Below the pieces are notes generated by a model. It was given only the letters and a program-made list of their open reading frames with translations. It did no database searches and was not told where the DNA came from. Made by a program: the position numbers and the translations under genes. 64,000 bases of DNA, taken from contig CAWIPH010000001.1 of assembly GCA_963837955.1 (NCBI GenBank), forward strand, positions 416,001-480,000, read 5' to 3'. How positions within the stretch are numbered: the stretch's first letter is position 1; every line of letters begins with the position of its first letter. This document shows positions 58,864 to 64,000 of the stretch, piece after piece. Origin of the DNA: an uncultured Verrucomicrobiae bacterium (GTDB lineage: Bacteria > Verrucomicrobiota > Verrucomicrobiia > Chthoniobacterales > JAFAMB01).

Positions 58864-58915
58864 CGTTGTCTGCGTTCCCGCCGTTCCCGGCGCTATCGGC
58901 GTTCCCGGCGTTGTC
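58864..58915 (-). repeat. Degenerate 9-mer AACGCCG array
   Basis: CGTTCCCGG / CGCTATCGG / CGTTGTC units on the plus strand. Confidence 0.8.
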
Positions 58916-58963
58916 CGACTTCGCTCCGTCGTTTGAACTCCGGCAGCCTCAATCTTCAACCTG

Positions 58964-59737
58964 CTACGTAGCCCCCAACGGCTCCATCCGTGCGACCAAC
59001 ATGGGTTCGATGAAACTCAACAGGTTCTTGTCATCGAATTCCGGCTCCAGCCACTTGGCTACTTCCGGACCGGCTGCTCGGATGTGTTGTCGTAGTTGGG
59101 CGATGCGTTCAGCGTTACAGCCGGCCTGAGCTGTCCACCAATCAAACTGCAAACGATAGGGAACGATCTGGTCTTTGATCCAAGAAAATCCGGTATCCCG
59201 AGCCAGTTCCCGCCATTGCGAAACGGTCCGCTGCAGGAAATGGGATGGGTCACGAGTGCGTTCCCAATAATCAATCCAATCGGAGACTTCCGCGGCTGGA
59301 CTAATCTGATCGACAAGAATGAACCGTCCGCTGCGGGTCAAAACTCGATGGACCTCGGATAGAAATTTCGCCGCATCATGAAAATGATGGGGAGCATGTC
59401 GAGAAACAACCAGCGAGAAGGCACCGGAATCGAAAGGCAACGCCTCGGCCGCTGCTTCCTGAAAGAGGATGTTCGTCTTCCCCTCGGCCTGAGCTCGCAA
59501 TCTACCTTGTTCGAGCATGCGCGGGGCGATGTCGATTGCGATTACTGATTGGACGGAATCTGCTAGGGCGAAAGCCGTATTGCCGGGGCCGGTAGCCACG
59601 TCTAACACCAAGTCAGACGCTTTCGGCTCAGCAAGCTCCAGCAAAACTGGCAAGCTAGCGCCGGCCCGGTGAACCTGACTTTGCGAATAGCGTTCCGCTA
59701 AGGGGTCGAACTGGTTTCGACTGGAAGAAATCTGCAT
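58964..59737 (-). CDS. Class I SAM-dependent methyltransferase
   Basis: VLDVATGPG, AEALPF, RDPSH. Confidence 0.9.
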   Translation of the reverse strand: MQISSSRNQFDPLAERYSQSQVHRAGASLPVLLELAEPKASDLVLDVATGPGNTAFALADSVQSVIAIDIAPRMLEQGRLRAQAEGKTNILFQEAAAEALPFDSGAFSLVVSRHAPHHFHDAAKFLSEVHRVLTRSGRFILVDQISPAAEVSDWIDYWERTRDPSHFLQRTVSQWRELARDTGFSWIKDQIVPYRLQFDWWTAQAGCNAERIAQLRQHIRAAGPEVAKWLEPEFDDKNLLSFIEPMLVARMEPLGAT

Positions 59738-60200
59738 TGCCAGAAAAATGGTTCAGTTGCAACGTCTAGCAATTGTTTGTTCTACTGCTCTTAAGGCCGG
59801 CCGCATTCGGGAGTTGTGGCCCATCCAAAAATTCATTGGGCAGGATCAATGGATTTTGTCATTCCGTGAACTAGATGCAGATCGAATGGCGATCCGGCAA
59901 TTGGCAGAACTATTGATGCGGTGAGAATGGAAGCGCCGTTAGTGTCGCTGGAGCTACGGTCCCCCGACTATGGAGCGTTTGAGAATACTGTAGAAGGGGC
60001 CTGAATACTCAGGTGGCCTGCGGTCGCGGTTGAGGGCGACCTGCGCTACCGGCTCCTGACTCCTAAATCCGATATGCCATGCTCCGTCTTTGACATTCCT
60101 CTTCCCAGTGTTTCCCGGTTTCCCGATCGCTGACATTAGTTTACGAACGAGAGCGTCCCAAGGACAATCGAACGACTGATTTATGTAAGGGTGGAATTTC

Positions 60201-60251
60201 ATGTTGGCAGGATCCACATTAAAATGCACTATATGTTGCGCGTGTCAACAT
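60201..60251. promoter_or_regulatory. Two putative TetR operators
   Basis: ATGTTG-N7-CAACAT (60233-60251) and imperfect ATGTTG-N7-CCACAT (60201-60219) just upstream of the TetR gene. Confidence 0.6.
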
Positions 60252-60271
60252 GATATGCTCCTTTCTTGCCA

Positions 60272-60886
60272 ATGAAGACGGAGCGACCCTATCACCACGG
60301 CAATCTCAAGCAGACCCTCCTCGATGCCGCTCTCGCGCTGATCAGTGAGGTCGGTCCCCAAGCCTTTACCTTGCGCGAAGTAGCTCGCCGGGCCGGAGTC
60401 TCTCATAACGCGCCCTATCGCCATTTCCGCGACAAAGACGAACTCCTCGCGGTCGTGGCCGTAGAAGGCTTCGAACGGTTGACCGCGGCTATGAAACGTT
60501 CGGCGGCTCGCGGCTCGAGCGCCGAAGAGCGGCTCAGGCTTTGCGCACGCGGCTATGTCAGTTTCGCGTTACGTTGGCCGCAGCATTTCCTGGTTATGTT
60601 CGATCTGCCATCCTCGCGAGACAAATACCCGGAATACACCGGAGCGGGAGATGAAGCGTTTGCAACATTGTTAACGCTCATTGTCGAGTGTCAAAAAACC
60701 GGAGTGTTGTCAGCGGGAGATCCTGAACCGTTAGCCTTCATGGCTTGGTCCATGGTACACGGGATATCGAAACTAGCGGCAAGTAATCATTTGCCATTTG
60801 CTTCCGCAGCCGTTCTCGATTTCGCGGACCACGCTTCGCATGTAATGATGCTCGGGATGACCGCAGCGACTAGGAGTCGGAGTTAG
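60272..60886 (+). CDS. TetR/AcrR family regulator (WHG-type C-terminus)
   Basis: YHHGNL, LREVARRAGVSHNAPYRHF, WSMVHG. Confidence 0.93.
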   Translation: MKTERPYHHGNLKQTLLDAALALISEVGPQAFTLREVARRAGVSHNAPYRHFRDKDELLAVVAVEGFERLTAAMKRSAARGSSAEERLRLCARGYVSFALRWPQHFLVMFDLPSSRDKYPEYTGAGDEAFATLLTLIVECQKTGVLSAGDPEPLAFMAWSMVHGISKLAASNHLPFASAAVLDFADHASHVMMLGMTAATRSRS

Positions 60887-61076
60887 TAATCACTAGTCGG
60901 CGCTCCGCCGTGATCAGCGAATGGTGAAATGTAGGAGTCGGCGTGATGGTAGGGCGAAACAGATCCAGCGACAGCAGGATCTGTGAGCCGTGGGCGGCGA
61001 ACAGTGAACCCGTAAGCCCAAGCCTCCGATCACTAATCACTTATCACCGATCACTTGCTCCCCAATCACCAGTCGA

Positions 61077-62411
61077 TCATGCCGGCGCTTTGACTGCGCG
61101 AGCTTGTGGCGGCGTTGCGGTGCTAAGCCGCGAGGCTAACCACAGTCCGAGGATTGCCCAGCCCAGGTAGATCCAGCCAACCGTCCCGAAGCCAATGAGT
61201 TTGTGATCGGCGCCGTCGTGAATGAACCACGCGGCCATCGTTGCCGCCAGAGCCGCACCGAACTGTGCTACGGACGAGTTAATGCTCATAAAGCCGCCGC
61301 GATGTTCTGGTTCCACGCTGCTGGTAATCATCGCCATCGCCGGAACAAATCGACCGGTCATCGAGATCATAAACAGGGTCGTAACAGCCACAGCAACCGG
61401 GGCCGGAACTACCGGCAAATGCGTCGTCAGAAGTGACACCACCATGGAGCAGATCATCATGATGCTAAAAATTCTCATTCGACCATATCGATCGGCTAAC
61501 CGACCGACGCCATTCATCGTGAATAGGGTAGCGCCTCCGCCGATCAAATAAACCCAACGAAGCTCTCCGCTATTCAACTGCACGTTGGAGACCAAGTAGT
61601 TGGCCAGATCGGGAATAATCATGAAGCCGCCCAAAGTAATCACGGTCATCAACGCTAAGGCGCGAAGATGATTGCGGTTAGCCAGGATCCTCCAAAATCG
61701 GCGGATTGGTGTCTCGGAACGACTGGCCTCCAGATGCGCGCCGACTTTCGGTAACCGGACAATAGCGAAAATCCAAACGATTCCACTCAGGCCAGCCAAG
61801 AAGAGAAAAGGAAAATGCCAACCGAGTTTGTCCGCGAAATAGAGGCCCAAAGGTACGCCGGCCACCTGGGCAACTGAAAACGCAGACATCACCGTGCCCA
61901 CGGCGGATGCGCGGCGCGCGTCCGGCACAAGATCACCGACCATTGCCAGGCTAATGCCACCGACAATGCCGCCGAAAAAACCTGCGAGCGCGCGGGCGAA
62001 CACAAGCGTTTCATACGTCGGAGCGAGTGCGCAGAGCAATGTACCGATGGCGAATCCAGCGTACATCATAAGCAGCGCGGTCTTCCGATCGAATCGATCC
62101 AGATAGAATGCCGCAGCCAGTCCAGAGAATCCCGCTGCACCGGCATAAGCCGATACCGCGAGATTAAAAGCGGGCGTATTGATAGCAAAGACCCGCATCA
62201 ACTGCGGCCCAAGCGGCATCATAATAACGAAATCGACTGCAACTGTGAACTGTACTGCCGCTAGCATCAGAAGCAGAAGCCACTCATCCAATGGTCGCCG
62301 TGGCGAATCGTCAAATGGTGGCGCGGGCCGCGCGGCCTGCTGTTGAGATTGCGAAGTGCGTGGCGACGTAATCAAGACGGCCACTCTCGTTGGGGTTAGG
62401 CTTGTCGTCAA
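61077..62411 (-). CDS. MFS transporter
   Basis: DFVIMMPLGP, LDRFDRK, GRLADRYGR; true start may lie downstream. Confidence 0.88.
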   Translation of the reverse strand: MTTSLTPTRVAVLITSPRTSQSQQQAARPAPPFDDSPRRPLDEWLLLLMLAAVQFTVAVDFVIMMPLGPQLMRVFAINTPAFNLAVSAYAGAAGFSGLAAAFYLDRFDRKTALLMMYAGFAIGTLLCALAPTYETLVFARALAGFFGGIVGGISLAMVGDLVPDARRASAVGTVMSAFSVAQVAGVPLGLYFADKLGWHFPFLFLAGLSGIVWIFAIVRLPKVGAHLEASRSETPIRRFWRILANRNHLRALALMTVITLGGFMIIPDLANYLVSNVQLNSGELRWVYLIGGGATLFTMNGVGRLADRYGRMRIFSIMMICSMVVSLLTTHLPVVPAPVAVAVTTLFMISMTGRFVPAMAMITSSVEPEHRGGFMSINSSVAQFGAALAATMAAWFIHDGADHKLIGFGTVGWIYLGWAILGLWLASRLSTATPPQARAVKAPA

Positions 62412-62453
62412 AGGGCCCGTGGCTTACCATCGAAAGCCGAATGAGAAATGCGG

Positions 62454-63017
62454 ATGAAACGCGCTGAATTTCGCGACGTATTGTCGACCCTCGACCTTTC
62501 CGGCCGGCCGCAGGAAGTTTCTTATCGTGAGCAAATGATCGAGCTGCTGGATTCGTGCCCGAACTGCTTCCAGCGTGATGCTTTTCCAGCCCATTTTACC
62601 GGGAGCGCGTTCGTGGTCAGCGCAGACGGGGCCCGCGGTCTATTACATCATCATCGAAAACTCGATCGCTGGCTCCAATTTGGCGGCCATTGCGATGGTG
62701 AGGAAGATGTGCTTTCTGTGGCCCAGCGTGAAGCCTGCGAGGAGTCCGGGATCAATGGCCTGGTCGTTGCGTCCGTCCGTCCTTTCGATCTCGACATCCA
62801 CGAGATTCCGGCCTTTGGAAATGAGCCCGCGCATCTGCACTACGACGTTCGATACGTTCTCATTGCTCCGGAACATGCGGAGATTCAAACCAGTCCGGAG
62901 AGCAAGGAACTGCGCTGGTTTGAGCCCGGCGAGATGGGGAGTTGGCCTCTCGACCCGGGGCTGCGGCGCCTGATTGAAAAATGGCAAGCGCTTTTGGCCA
63001 GGCGCTCGCACAGTTAA
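62454..63017 (+). CDS. NUDIX hydrolase
   Basis: GGHCDG...AQREACEESG Nudix box; HFTGS, HYDVRY. Confidence 0.9.
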   Translation: MKRAEFRDVLSTLDLSGRPQEVSYREQMIELLDSCPNCFQRDAFPAHFTGSAFVVSADGARGLLHHHRKLDRWLQFGGHCDGEEDVLSVAQREACEESGINGLVVASVRPFDLDIHEIPAFGNEPAHLHYDVRYVLIAPEHAEIQTSPESKELRWFEPGEMGSWPLDPGLRRLIEKWQALLARRSHS

Positions 63018-63132
63018 GCGAAGGCAGTGACGCTATCCTGTTTCCGGTTTGAGGTAGCGCACGCGATCATGTAAATCTGCAAGCATTCCCAATTCTTAAT
63101 AACAATGACAGGGCGGGTAGGGCGAAACCCGA

Positions 63133-63192
63133 CGCCATTTGCGGCAGAAGAAAGAGTTCGTCCCGGCCTTTGGCGATGAGCAACGGATCCAT
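63133..63192 (-). pseudogene. 5' remnant of a YjgR/DUF853 HerA-like ATPase gene
   Basis: MDPLLIAKGRDELFLLPQMA resembles the YjgR N-terminus as I recall it, then runs into a GTAG-REP end instead of NRHGLI..GATGTGKT. Confidence 0.6.
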
Positions 63193-63318
63193 AGGTACGG
63201 CAAATATCGTAGCTGGAATCAAGGAATCAGGAAACAGGAAAGGGGGAGTGGAAATCTGGAATCCGGAACTTGAAAAACAGAGGCTAGGAGCCAGCATTCA
63301 GGATTTTAGGAGAGGAGT

Positions 63319-63546
63319 CGTCCCGGAGGGACTCAATGAAAGTAGCCCAGTACGAAGTGCTGGGTGGTGTAAAAAAAACCACCCGTCCCGGACGGGACGA
63401 TCGAAGCCTCCTTACGCTGGTGAAGCCGCATACGAGACGACCAAGAGCCAAAACACTTCGATCGTCCCTCCGGGACGGACGTCTCTTTTTGCATCATTTC
63501 CCAGCACTTCGTACTGGGCTACTTTCATTGGATCCCTCCGGGATCG
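63319..63546. repeat. CGTC-type long inverted-repeat element (REPIN-like)
   Basis: CCCGGAGGGA..CAATGAAAGTAGCCCAGTACGAAGTGCTGGG mirrored by CCCAGCACTTCGTACTGGGCTACTTTCATTG..TCCCTCCGGG. Confidence 0.85.
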
Positions 63547-63859
63547 ATTGGTTCAACGTTTCTGCATCTCCCGGGAACACGTGCGATCCCAATCGCGAGC
63601 CCTTATGTTGACGCGCATGCTCAGATGCCGTGCATCATGCAAGAAGGTCGGGGCTAGATGCGCTAAAATCCAGGGCAGCGGGAATACGCCACCTAAAAAC
63701 TAGTCTAGAATTTAACAGGGCGATGCAGCCAGCAGGGGAACCGTGGACTGTTAGCTGCCCCGAGGACATGAGTCCGCCGGCACCGTCCTTGCGTACATTA
63801 AATACGCAGTTTAGTTCATCTCTACCTATTTTACCCTTATCTCCAAAAAACTTACTCCT

Positions 63860-64000
63860 ATGAAATTCTTCTGCTCCGCTGCGCTCCTCTGTTATTTGGC
63901 CTTTCCGCTCTGCCTCTCGGCGAAAGAAACAGCTGAGACCAACGGGAAATTATCGATCGGCGATCGGATCCCAGCGGTCGCGGCGACGGATCAAGATGGT
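63860..64000 (+). CDS. Exported peroxiredoxin/AhpC-TSA-like protein, cut by the window end
   Basis: MKFFCSAALL...LSIGDRIPAVAATDQDG: signal peptide plus a typical redoxin N-terminus. Confidence 0.6.
   Translation, partial: MKFFCSAALLCYLAFPLCLSAKETAETNGKLSIGDRIPAVAATDQDG

Noticed and set aside
59954..60229. 91-aa minus-strand ORF
   Set aside because: No recognisable domain or RBS; overlaps operator-like sites and heptamer-like sequence.
63170..63863. ORFs of 77-177 aa near the window end
   Set aside because: They translate repeat elements and show no protein-like signatures.

Overview
A 64-kb bacterial chromosome segment, probably Verrucomicrobiota (Chthoniobacterales-like; a judgement from rRNA appearance and gene content, not a database search). 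It opens with the 3' half of a 23S rRNA, a 5S rRNA and a terminator. About 55 mostly housekeeping or metabolic CDSs follow, including cidA/lrgB, aspT, a DEAD-box helicase, leuA, alr, efp, kdsD, degP, recG, recJ, hisF, gdhA and several dehydrogenases and transporters. A six-gene copper-resistance operon (multicopper oxidase, TolC, YHS) is led by a Cys/His-containing upstream ORF that ends in an arrest-peptide-like NAPP motif. I saw no tRNA, CRISPR array, transposase, integrase or prophage. The most unusual signals are non-coding or very small. They are: (1) several families of 7-9-nt tandem repeats with a consistent strand orientation at stop and start codons; (2) many REP/REPIN-like palindromic elements, including an inverted pair around a thioesterase gene and one abutting a 20-codon yjgR remnant; (3) a 170-bp direct duplication plus coupled micro-ORFs ahead of cidA/lrgB; (4) an unannotated 29-aa Leu-rich leader peptide before leuA; (5) signature-motif variants in CorA (GMN to AMS) and EF-P (Asn at the modified-Lys position). 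Protein family calls come from recognised motifs and have not been confirmed by HMM searches.
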